Origin: an uncultured Thermoplasmata archaeon
GTDB lineage: Archaea > Thermoplasmatota > Thermoplasmata > UBA10834
Length of the DNA stretch: 64,000 nucleotides
Assembly (NCBI GenBank): GCA_963748615.1
Contig: CAVVJQ010000002.1
Span: 323,240-387,239 of the forward strand
Direction of reading: 5' to 3'
Shown: positions 38,089-46,936 of the stretch, piece by piece
Layout: each line of letters begins with the position of its first letter
How positions within the stretch are numbered: the stretch's first letter is position 1
The notes under the pieces: generated by a model
What the model was told of the DNA's origin: nothing
Seen by the model: only the letters and a program-made list of their open reading frames with translations
Database searches by the model: none
Made by a program: the position numbers and the translations under genes

Positions 38089-38203
38089 CACCTCGACATG
38101 GCCGATGCTGCCCGTGTCGCGCAAACCCCATGAGTGTGCGCCGTCCATCCCCCTGGGATCAGGCGCTGATCACGAATGACCTTGTCAACAGGGAAAGGGA
38201 TCG

Positions 38204-39214
38204 ATGATGACAGAAGACCAGAGCATTTCGCAGATAATCGAGGACGCAGTCAAGAGCCTGAGGACCCAGGAGGCCGAGGTCCGCAAGAAGGATCAGGACG
38301 TTCAGGGCCAGAGGTCCGAGCTTCAGAAGATGAAGGCGGAGCTGGAGTCACGTGAACAGATGCTCCGCGAGAAGGAGGACTCACTGAGGGAAACGGAATC
38401 GTCCCTTGAGAGAAAGGACGAGGAGGTCACGGCTCGCGAGGCATCCGTCCAGACCAAGGCGGCCCAGGTGGATGCGAAGAATGCCGAGGCTCTGAAGCTC
38501 GAGGAACGGTCAAAGGCGGCCCTGGCGAATGCGGAGGCGAGGGAGCGGGAAGCCGAGACCTCGTTATCGGAATCATCTCGCGCCCAGGCCGAGACGACCC
38601 AAAAACGCAAAGTGCTCCTCGACCGGGAAGATCAGATGAAGAAGTCCGAGGAGGAACTCCAGAGGCTTATGGAACAGGTGGCATCGAGGCGTGATGCGCT
38701 CATATCTCGTGAGCGTTCCCTGGCAGCTGAAGAGGAATCCATCCGGAATGATCGCGAAAGACTCTCAGAAGACGCTCAGAGGCTCCTCAACAGACAGACC
38801 GAAGTGATCGAGGGCGTCACCGTGGAGCAGGCCGAAGGCATTGAGACAAGCAAGTCCGATCTGGGCGACGACGAGATAGAATGCCCCCGGTGCAAGACGG
38901 TCATAAGCAAGGACGCGATAATGTGCTATTCCTGTGGTCATCAACTGAGGGTGGTCGAACCCGAAGAGATCTCAGAGGATGCATCTGGCCAAGAGGACGA
39001 TGTCGAACCATCCGAGGAAGATGAGGTGTCCTGTCCGAAGTGCAGGACGATGGTCAGCAAGGGTGCGATAATGTGCTACGCCTGCGGTTCCGACCTGAGA
39101 GGTTCGCAGCAGGAAGCGGATGAGTCAGGAAGTCGCGAAGAGGAGAAAGTCGCAGAGGAACCCAAGAAGCCACAGGTCTTTGTCAAGAAGATCGTCAAGA
39201 AAAAGGTCGCTTAG
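38204..39214 (+). CDS. Coiled-coil protein with two C-terminal zinc ribbons (function unknown)
   Basis: About 220 aa of Glu/Lys/Arg-rich heptads, then CPRCKTVISKDAIMCYSCG and CPKCRTMVSKGAIMCYACG, and a basic tail. Confidence 0.7.
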   Translation: MMTEDQSISQIIEDAVKSLRTQEAEVRKKDQDVQGQRSELQKMKAELESREQMLREKEDSLRETESSLERKDEEVTAREASVQTKAAQVDAKNAEALKLEERSKAALANAEAREREAETSLSESSRAQAETTQKRKVLLDREDQMKKSEEELQRLMEQVASRRDALISRERSLAAEEESIRNDRERLSEDAQRLLNRQTEVIEGVTVEQAEGIETSKSDLGDDEIECPRCKTVISKDAIMCYSCGHQLRVVEPEEISEDASGQEDDVEPSEEDEVSCPKCRTMVSKGAIMCYACGSDLRGSQQEADESGSREEEKVAEEPKKPQVFVKKIVKKKVA

Positions 39215-39324
39215 CCAGCATCTGTTCGAACCCTTCGTCGCCATGAAAATATGGCAAATAGCTTTTTATATAGCCGAACTGCTTACTTTGATTCGCAATA
39301 CCCAGCATCTGGGTGGGTGAACTT

Positions 39325-40725
39325 ATGGAACACAGAGCTGGCCCTCTTCTGGCCAACAGATCTCTGAGCGCATTGATTGTAGCCACATTCGTGCTGTCGG
39401 CGTTCGCCGGGTTATTCGTAATGTCGAATCCTGCGCCTACCGCTGCACAGACACCGATCGGTGACCTGAATGTAACTGCCGGCACATACACAATCGAGAA
39501 TGTGAACCAACCTGTAGATGGTGATGTTCTCGTCAGTGGTGGGGAGCTGATAATACGGAACGCTGCTTTGCTGGTGATCAGCAACGAAGGTGTTCAGCGG
39601 ACGGTGACGGTCGAGACCGATGGAACCATGATTCTTGAACATGGCACTCTCACCACCTATCTGGATCAGATCGATCCATGGCCGTTCCTGGTTGTGGATA
39701 TCGATGGAGGGACTCTCATAGCCTCGGAGCGGTCGCTATTGAGTTTCCCAGGCTCGATCACCGTACAGAACGGTGGCGAGCTCATACTGTATGACAGTAC
39801 TATCGAGCCGCTACCTGCAGGGGATATATCCTTGTACCTCTCAGGATCCCCCACGGTAGCCATTGACGCCGCGGATGATGGACCTGAGATCTCAGTCATT
39901 GACGGCTCAATAATGATGTTCGATTCCGAGATAACGAGCCTTCCGGAATATCCTTCCCTGGGTCTCGTCGCAAGCAACCTCACTCTGAGTGGAGAATCTA
40001 CTCTGCTGGCGGTCAACAGCTACATCAGTGTTGACTTCGGACCTGACGTTAGTGCATCTGATTGGTACACTCATAATATGCTGGTCTTGTCGAATTCTTC
40101 AAAAGCCCATCTTTACGGAACATATTTCGATGAGTATTCTGGTAGCTACTCGGCGAGGTCATCTGCCGTCCTTGCTGATGGCGAAAGCTACATTGCATTG
40201 CCTACTTCCTCTGGATCAGAAGATACTACGGGACAACCTTACACTGATCTCCTGGCCAGCAATGAAGGTTCAACATACCACGTCGCTCCAGGGGATGTAA
40301 TGGCCATTGATACTTTCAGTGCAGGTCCTCCAGCGACAGTTGATGAAGCAACGCTGTATGTGAGATATCTCGTGGATGCCGGATATAACGGCGCGAGATC
40401 ATTTACATGGTGCCTTGAAGGAGGAACTGCTGCATCAACTGGAATCACTCCATTGCCGTCTGAGACTTCCTTCGTAGAGAAGAGCTTCGATTTGCGTGAT
40501 GCGGGAGTAACCACCACTAGCGATCTTGCTGATTTGGATATCAACTTCATACACGATGGATCAACAGGCGATGTTCAAGTGGACAGCATGTCCATTGTAA
40601 TCTCTCTGGGGCCAGAAGCCTACATATATAGATGGATCAACCTGACAGTCGGCGATGAATACGGCGTGCCGATTCCCGACTGTGACATTTCATCGACATT
40701 TACGGGGTCTTTGACAGTTCTCTGA
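39325..40725 (+). CDS. Giant surface adhesin, N-terminal part (signal peptide and beta-helix-like module); probably the 5' portion of one gene continuing at 40718
   Basis: ATG 39325 is preceded by GGTGGGTGA. Signal/TM LSALIVATFVLSAFAGLFVM. The ORF ends inside an Ig-like domain that starts YIYRWINLTVGDEYGVPIPD. Confidence 0.75.
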   Translation: MEHRAGPLLANRSLSALIVATFVLSAFAGLFVMSNPAPTAAQTPIGDLNVTAGTYTIENVNQPVDGDVLVSGGELIIRNAALLVISNEGVQRTVTVETDGTMILEHGTLTTYLDQIDPWPFLVVDIDGGTLIASERSLLSFPGSITVQNGGELILYDSTIEPLPAGDISLYLSGSPTVAIDAADDGPEISVIDGSIMMFDSEITSLPEYPSLGLVASNLTLSGESTLLAVNSYISVDFGPDVSASDWYTHNMLVLSNSSKAHLYGTYFDEYSGSYSARSSAVLADGESYIALPTSSGSEDTTGQPYTDLLASNEGSTYHVAPGDVMAIDTFSAGPPATVDEATLYVRYLVDAGYNGARSFTWCLEGGTAASTGITPLPSETSFVEKSFDLRDAGVTTTSDLADLDINFIHDGSTGDVQVDSMSIVISLGPEAYIYRWINLTVGDEYGVPIPDCDISSTFTGSLTVL

Positions 40726-40795
40726 TCAGCCATCTTTCTACTTCGGACTGGGTGAGGGAAGTTCATCTGTTCCACCACAAGTTGTACTTGATTAC

Positions 40796-43700
40796 ATGGA
40801 CGAGACCGCTGAATCATTTGGTGTCACAGGCCCACTCGGTGCCGCGACCATACCCCTAATGACTGATTTGGTGTCTGGTGGCCAATCTCCCAACTCTCTG
40901 TTTGTCGGAAGTTATAGTATTACTGGAACCGTCATACAGGGCGCAGTGGAGCATGCATCAAACGAAACCTTCTCATTCCCTGCATACCCTGCGATGTCGA
41001 TTACAGATCAGCAATTCGACATGACGGTCGATGTTCAAGGCATATCTGCCGAGAGCCCTGACCCATCCAAGTGGTTAGTTGTTCCGCCAAACCTAACGAT
41101 CGAGAACATGAGCTACTATCACGCGGGCGATGTCATAGTGGCGTCTGATGGTAATCTCACGCTGAGGAACGCAGTCTTTGAGCTAGTCCAGTCAGTTGCG
41201 AATGAGAGAACCGTCTATGTCGATGGAACTGCCAACTTCGTGATCGAGGACTCTCAGGTGAACAGTGCATTCGCGATCGATATCATAGTCAAGGGCAATG
41301 GGACGCTCGAAGTCAACAGGTCAGTTCTGAACGGCGTGAACATAGTCGCTATGGACGACGCGCTCGTGATTCTCAGAGATACTGACTTTGATGGTACGTT
41401 GAGCACTTCATGGGACTCATCGGCTAGAATCGTGGTCGTCGACTCCGTACTTGCTATGGCGCCGGTACTGTCTGGCAATGCGTTGGGAGAGTTTACGAAC
41501 TCGAGTGTTCCATCGATCGTGATAACGGAAGACGCAAGAGCATTGATCTACAGATGGATCCACGTGACCGTTCTAGATGGTGGAGACAACCCCCTGCCAG
41601 GAGCGACTGTGTCGACATGGTTCTTTGTGAACGGTACATACTGGTCGAGTGCGCTCAGCGACGAATCGGGGATAGCAGAGATTAGATCCCTGGGAACAAT
41701 ACTGACATCCGAAGGCTCGACGTTTGTCGGCAACTACAAGATCAACTCGACATACATGAGCGACGGAGAAATGCATTTCTCGGATCTGACGATATCCATA
41801 GGCGTCATGCCGTATACTCAGCCCCTGACTGAAAACGCAACATACGCCGTGCTGAGAATGTCCACAGTCGTACTTCCCGATCTTAGCGTGAGGCCGGGTT
41901 ATATTTGGACCGAGCCAGTGGATGTCGTGTACGACTCTGAATGTACGATCTTCGCCTTCATAGAAAACACCGGAGATAAGGTCGCTGAAGATGTTATGGT
42001 TGAGTTCTTGATAGGAGCAGATATCGAGACGGCAACCCTTCTGAATTCGACCGTGATTTCAACGATAAACTCGGACAGTCAGGTGACTGTTCATGTAGGT
42101 TGGATTCCTGACAGTATTGGGACATTCACAGTATGGGTCCGGGTCAACGGTGGGCTCGACGGAACCCCGGATTTCAATGAGCTTTCATTCATTGACAACC
42201 AGGAATGGGTCTACATCCGAGTGTTGGACTACGCTGACCTCTCGCTGAATGCGATCGAATTCTTGGCCGGCGACCCGTTGTTTGCAGTGTCGACCATGCC
42301 TGGCGGACAGACCGTATATGTCCGTTCAGTGTTGTTCAACAACGGTGAGGCTCCAGTCTTGAACCCTGAAGTATCATTGACTGTGAACTATAGCGACTCT
42401 GAGAGCGAGGTCTTCAATCAGACACTGTACGGTGTTCTCTATGGGGGCGCTCAATTCGCGGTTGAGTTCGAGTATTCCGCACCATTTGTGGTGAACAACA
42501 CTGTTTTCACTTTCACAATGGAAGCGAACCCCTATGGTGCAGTGATGGAGACTGACCTGACAGACAACGTGGTGACGGATACGCTCACCATCCTTGATAT
42601 CCGTGAAGATTTCAAAGTCGCCGCGGATGACATCTCGGTGGAAGACGATTCTTATGCCCACGAGTTCGGAACCCGGGTCAATATTACGGCCAATGTCTAC
42701 AACCTAGGTGGAACCGACCCAGGCTATGTGAGCATCGAATTCTCCATTAGGTTGGGCGACTCTCTGAACTACTTGATTGGCATCAAGGAAACGAACATAC
42801 CTGCAGGTATGTGGACGCCAGTCAGAATGCCGTATATGATAAACCTGACGGTTGGAGCAACATATTCCATATTCGTGTCCGTAGACTATGACAACAACCG
42901 GTCGAATGAGAAGAGCGAGACGAACAACAATGCATCGATAGATTTCGAAATCATCGATCTCGTTTATCATATCGAAATTACATCCGACGCGAGCGAGTAC
43001 AAAGCGGGCACCAATGCAGAGGTGACCCTGTACATCTTCTATGGCGCAGAGGCGCCGGCGTCAGGTGCGGAGAAAGCCGTATCTGGGTTGCCAGGTATTT
43101 CCGTTAACCTCGTGAGCCCCGGCGGAGATATTCTCAAGCACGCGGATGCCATTTCGACATCCACGGGCGGTCAGGCAGTATTTACTGTGGTGCTCGATGG
43201 TGAACTTGAGACTGGTCAGTACACGCTAGTCCCAGTCGTTCTCGGAGACGAGCAGCCCAGCTCCTCGATTACGATAAGTGTAGACGGCGCGGTTTCTGGT
43301 CGTGGCATTGCATTGTGGGTATGGCTCGCAATAATCGGGGTGATCGTTGGTTCCGTTCTCGGAGTTACTGCTTATATCTATTTCCGAGGCCTCGGCAAAC
43401 TGGTCGAGTGTGGAGAATGCGGCGCATTCATCCCTGCTGGGAACAAGAGATGCCCGAAGTGTGGAGTCGAGTTCGAAGTCGGCACGATGAAATGCTCTGA
43501 GTGCGGAGCATGGGTGCCTGCAGAATCGACCGAGTGCCCCAACTGCGGTGTGAAGTTCGTTGGCGAGGAGATCGGTGAAGAGGATTACCTCGAGAAGATG
43601 AGAGGCGAGTACGACGAGATGGTCTCTAAATACCGCGAACTGGCAAAGCCCGAGCTCGGAAAGAAGTTCAGCGACAAGAAGTTCGAAGAGTGGTGGGCGA

Positions 43701-44110
43701 CCCAGCCGACATACATCTCTTTCGAGGATTGGCTCGCAAAGGAAGAGGAGAAGCATAAGGAGGGCCCGGTACCATGCCCTGTCTGTGGCACTATGAACCC
43801 GAAGGAATCGAGCGTATGCCACAAGTGCGGCACGGTCTTCGGAGTCGAAAAGGACGTGCCTCCAGGAGAGCAGCCGCCGACCCCACCATCCTCAGGCGAA
43901 CAGGTGCCAGAACCATCCAGAGTCGAACCTGCTCCGCCAGGTGAGAAGGCTCCAGAACAACCGAGCCCACCTCAAGCTGCGGCGCCCAAGATGGTCATCC
44001 GAAGACCCATCGATAGAAAGGTGGTCCCGAAGAAGATCATTAAGACTCCGATAGCGAGGACTTCGGATAAGAACGGCAACGAGTCCGACAACAGCGATGA
44101 TCAACAGTAG
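40796..44110 (+). CDS. Giant surface adhesin, C-terminal part: beta-helix-like, CarboxypepD_reg-like and CARDB repeats, TM anchor, cytoplasmic triple zinc-ribbon and Pro-rich tail
   Basis: No signal peptide. At least three CARDB-like units (e.g. PDLSVRPGYIWTEP...IENTGDKVAEDVMVEF). TM IALWVWLAIIGVIVGSVLGVTAYIYF at about 43303-43385. Ribbons are CGECGAFIPAGNKRCPKCG, CSECGAWVPAESTECPNCG and CPVCGTMNPKESSVCHKCG. The frame is open back to 40715. Confidence 0.8.
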   Translation: MDETAESFGVTGPLGAATIPLMTDLVSGGQSPNSLFVGSYSITGTVIQGAVEHASNETFSFPAYPAMSITDQQFDMTVDVQGISAESPDPSKWLVVPPNLTIENMSYYHAGDVIVASDGNLTLRNAVFELVQSVANERTVYVDGTANFVIEDSQVNSAFAIDIIVKGNGTLEVNRSVLNGVNIVAMDDALVILRDTDFDGTLSTSWDSSARIVVVDSVLAMAPVLSGNALGEFTNSSVPSIVITEDARALIYRWIHVTVLDGGDNPLPGATVSTWFFVNGTYWSSALSDESGIAEIRSLGTILTSEGSTFVGNYKINSTYMSDGEMHFSDLTISIGVMPYTQPLTENATYAVLRMSTVVLPDLSVRPGYIWTEPVDVVYDSECTIFAFIENTGDKVAEDVMVEFLIGADIETATLLNSTVISTINSDSQVTVHVGWIPDSIGTFTVWVRVNGGLDGTPDFNELSFIDNQEWVYIRVLDYADLSLNAIEFLAGDPLFAVSTMPGGQTVYVRSVLFNNGEAPVLNPEVSLTVNYSDSESEVFNQTLYGVLYGGAQFAVEFEYSAPFVVNNTVFTFTMEANPYGAVMETDLTDNVVTDTLTILDIREDFKVAADDISVEDDSYAHEFGTRVNITANVYNLGGTDPGYVSIEFSIRLGDSLNYLIGIKETNIPAGMWTPVRMPYMINLTVGATYSIFVSVDYDNNRSNEKSETNNNASIDFEIIDLVYHIEITSDASEYKAGTNAEVTLYIFYGAEAPASGAEKAVSGLPGISVNLVSPGGDILKHADAISTSTGGQAVFTVVLDGELETGQYTLVPVVLGDEQPSSSITISVDGAVSGRGIALWVWLAIIGVIVGSVLGVTAYIYFRGLGKLVECGECGAFIPAGNKRCPKCGVEFEVGTMKCSECGAWVPAESTECPNCGVKFVGEEIGEEDYLEKMRGEYDEMVSKYRELAKPELGKKFSDKKFEEWWATQPTYISFEDWLAKEEEKHKEGPVPCPVCGTMNPKESSVCHKCGTVFGVEKDVPPGEQPPTPPSSGEQVPEPSRVEPAPPGEKAPEQPSPPQAAAPKMVIRRPIDRKVVPKKIIKTPIARTSDKNGNESDNSDDQQ

Positions 44111-44248
44111 GTTGCCGTCATCCTCAAACCCATAAAACCCTTTGACAGTTTTTCATTTCTCATGTTACAATGCCCTGTCAGTGGATGCCGTATCGCGCCG
44201 CAGCTGATGCATGTAAATGAAGACCTATCTAGGGCAGGATCATCGAGA

Positions 44249-46006
44249 TCAGGTCCGCTGAGGAGGGCCGGTCTCTGCCAGTTTCGCTCGGACCTCTTTC
44301 ATGACCTTGTCTGGATCCTTGTAATATGCAGATATGATGGTGGCGACCTTCTTGTGATTGTCGATACTCATCTTCTTCATGTACTCGAGAATGTCGACAC
44401 GCCTCTTGATCTCCCTTTCCATCTCACGCGGGGCCCAGTTCCTGGCCATCCTGACCTTCTCGTAAACGTAGCTGTGGCCGCTGTAGTTGAAGGTATCATC
44501 TGCCGGGTTCCATGTGTAGACGGAGTTCGTGATCAGCTCATCTGTCTCAGGGTCTATTCCGACGATCTCCGTCAGTGACTTGACCCTTCTGGTCATTTTG
44601 GTCCCGACCTTGACCTGCGCCTGCAATAGCACGATGTTGAGGGCGGTTATCAATGCCCTGGGCAGGTTGATGGGGTCGTTCTCCATCCTATGGACCATCG
44701 CCTGGACATCCTCTGCGTGGAAAGTGGAGTAACAGGTCTTGCCAGTCGCCATGGCTTGGAATACGACATACGCTTCCTTGCCTCTGACCTCACCGACCAT
44801 CAGATACTGGGGCCTCTGCCTCATGGCAGCAGTGAGCAAGTCGAACATATCTATCTCGCCGGAAGACCTTCCCGTGATCATACTCTTCCCACCGAAGCCC
44901 TCTCGAGTCAGACCAGGGACCCAGTTCTCATGGGGTAGGTTGAGTTCTCTAGTATCCTCGATGGAGACGATCTTCATCTGTGGCGGGATGAAAAGCAGGA
45001 CCGCGTTCAGCGTCGTGGTCTTTCCGCTCGCGGTACCTCCGCACACGAGCATCGATTGTCCATGCTCGATGCCTATCCAGAGGTATGCCATCATTTCGGT
45101 ACTCATCGTCTTGAATTTGAGTAGGTCGAGCGGCGTGAACGGATTCTCCTTGAACCGTCTGATTGTGAACGACGAACCTCTCTTCGTGACATGCTTTCCG
45201 AGGGTCGCCTGCAATCTCGAACCGTCCGGGATCGTTGCGTCCAGAAGCGGGCTTGCAACCGAGATGTGCTTACCGCACTTCTGAGCAAGCCATACCACGA
45301 AACCGTCGAGTTCCACCTCCTTCTCGAATCTGAGGTTGGACCTTATTGAACCGTATTTCCTGTGGTAGATGTACAGCGGGACGTCGACCCCATCGCAGGA
45401 GCAGTCCTCCACATTCGGTTCGGTCATCATCACGTCGATGACGCCATACCCAAGGAAATCCCTCAGGAGATAGTACATGACCCTCTCCTTGGATACTGGA
45501 TGCAGCGATATGCCCAGCTGATCCATGAGCTCTTCGATGATCCGCCTGAGGTATTTCTCCTTCTCGGAAGGTTCCTCCTCGGTCATCTTCTCGACAGATG
45601 CGATCAGAGTCTCCTTCAGCAAGGCGAGCACGGCTGCCTCGTCTCCCAGCAGCTTCGGCTCGATCACCTCATATGTGTACTCGTTGGCTTTGTTATCGTA
45701 CCTTATCCTGACATACGAGTAATTCTGCTTGACTGGTACCATCTCGACCTCGTCGATATTCGACTCGGTCAGTTTTGGTATCTCGGTGATCTGGCTGATA
45801 TCGACCTTCACTTCGTTCTTTGTGATTGCGATCATCGCAGGTCTGGGCTTAATCTTCATGAGGAAACCATAGTACGCCGCGAAAAAGCCTCCGCTCTTCG
45901 CCTTCTCCTCCGCTGGAGGGGGAGTCTTCTCGTCCGTTTCAGGCGCGTTTGGCTGCGGTTCCTCCGTCTCTATCTTGACCTGCTCGGTTTCAGACATCTC
46001 AATCAC
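44249..46006 (-). CDS. Type II/IV secretion-family ATPase (ArlI/EpdL/CpaF-like), copy 2
   Basis: Walker A CGGTASGKTTTLNA, EDTRELNLPHENW, Walker B/His box MVGEVRGKEAYVVFQAMATGKTCYSTFHA. GTG 46006 overlaps the upstream stop; ATG 45997 is an alternative start. Confidence 0.9.
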   Translation of the reverse strand: MIEMSETEQVKIETEEPQPNAPETDEKTPPPAEEKAKSGGFFAAYYGFLMKIKPRPAMIAITKNEVKVDISQITEIPKLTESNIDEVEMVPVKQNYSYVRIRYDNKANEYTYEVIEPKLLGDEAAVLALLKETLIASVEKMTEEEPSEKEKYLRRIIEELMDQLGISLHPVSKERVMYYLLRDFLGYGVIDVMMTEPNVEDCSCDGVDVPLYIYHRKYGSIRSNLRFEKEVELDGFVVWLAQKCGKHISVASPLLDATIPDGSRLQATLGKHVTKRGSSFTIRRFKENPFTPLDLLKFKTMSTEMMAYLWIGIEHGQSMLVCGGTASGKTTTLNAVLLFIPPQMKIVSIEDTRELNLPHENWVPGLTREGFGGKSMITGRSSGEIDMFDLLTAAMRQRPQYLMVGEVRGKEAYVVFQAMATGKTCYSTFHAEDVQAMVHRMENDPINLPRALITALNIVLLQAQVKVGTKMTRRVKSLTEIVGIDPETDELITNSVYTWNPADDTFNYSGHSYVYEKVRMARNWAPREMEREIKRRVDILEYMKKMSIDNHKKVATIISAYYKDPDKVMKEVRAKLAETGPPQRT

Positions 46007-46935
46007 GCAAACAGTATTCTGAGGGAAACGAACCCTGCGACCAACATGATGAAGCTGTGCCTCATTCCTATGGGGATGCTGCCCTTTTGAATCACACCAG
46101 CGAGTATTCCATCTCCGACCGCATGTACTACTATCGCAAGCAGGAACACGAACCCGACCTCGTCAATGACCGCGACCTTGATGTTGACCCCTGGAATCTC
46201 CTGCAACCCCATCTCCTGGGCGGATTCGTTCACAGTCGTCCCTGCCTCTTCCATCTTGGGCAGGAACTGCAGGTTGAGGATCAATATTGTCGCAATGAAC
46301 ACGAAGAATGAAATGTAGACGACCATCACATATGTCGACATGGTCACGTTCCTCTCTTCCTGTGTGAGGATGGTCTCCTTGGCATCATGGGAAACCATCG
46401 TGAGGACATCGGCAACGTTGCCGCCAGCATCGTTAGCTTTCCGTATTATCGATGTCATTCTTATGACCAGTGGCGTCTTGACCCTCTCCGAGAACAATCT
46501 GATGGCCTCAGATGCTGGCACACCCCATTCTATCTGCGCAGACATCTTCTTTATCTCTGGGGTCAACCGACCGTATCTGCCGGATGATGCGATGACGATT
46601 GAATCCGCCAAAGTCATGCCGAACCTTCCCGCCTCCGCCACATCCCTGAGGAAATCGGGCAGTCTGGTCTCGATCTCCCTGATGTGCTTCTCCTTTGCCG
46701 AAGTGTAAAATCCGTAGGGGGCAAGGAATGCCAATATTCCAAAGATGACGTAATCAATCGGTTCGAACGGGAGTGAAAGGCTACCTATCCCATCTATGAT
46801 CGCCAAGAAGATGCATATGCCCACAGCGGCGAACGAACCTGCCAGGATGGTCTTGGTTTTATCAGACTTCTCAGTGGAGAGGATCTTCTTGATCGCCCTC
46901 TCCTGCTCTGCCTGGCTGAGTTTCTTCGTTGTCAT
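46003..46935 (-). CDS. T2SSF-domain platform protein (TadC/EpdK-like half-platform)
   Basis: Start set at ATG 46935, 1 nt after the upstream TAG. Two N-terminal TM helices, a cytoplasmic helical T2SSF-like domain (LPDFLRDVAEAGRFGMTL...) and C-terminal TM helices. Confidence 0.75.
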   Translation of the reverse strand: MTTKKLSQAEQERAIKKILSTEKSDKTKTILAGSFAAVGICIFLAIIDGIGSLSLPFEPIDYVIFGILAFLAPYGFYTSAKEKHIREIETRLPDFLRDVAEAGRFGMTLADSIVIASSGRYGRLTPEIKKMSAQIEWGVPASEAIRLFSERVKTPLVIRMTSIIRKANDAGGNVADVLTMVSHDAKETILTQEERNVTMSTYVMVVYISFFVFIATILILNLQFLPKMEEAGTTVNESAQEMGLQEIPGVNIKVAVIDEVGFVFLLAIVVHAVGDGILAGVIQKGSIPIGMRHSFIMLVAGFVSLRILFA

Positions 46936-46936
46936 T

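Noticed and set aside
44141-44185. Near-copy of the octamer context (CTTTGACAGTTT) and a TGACAG/CTGTCA inverted pair in the convergent spacer after the adhesin gene.
   Set aside because: The last base differs from the octamer. The 6-bp arms are separated by about 27 nt, which is a weak structure. A T5 run nearby explains termination more simply.
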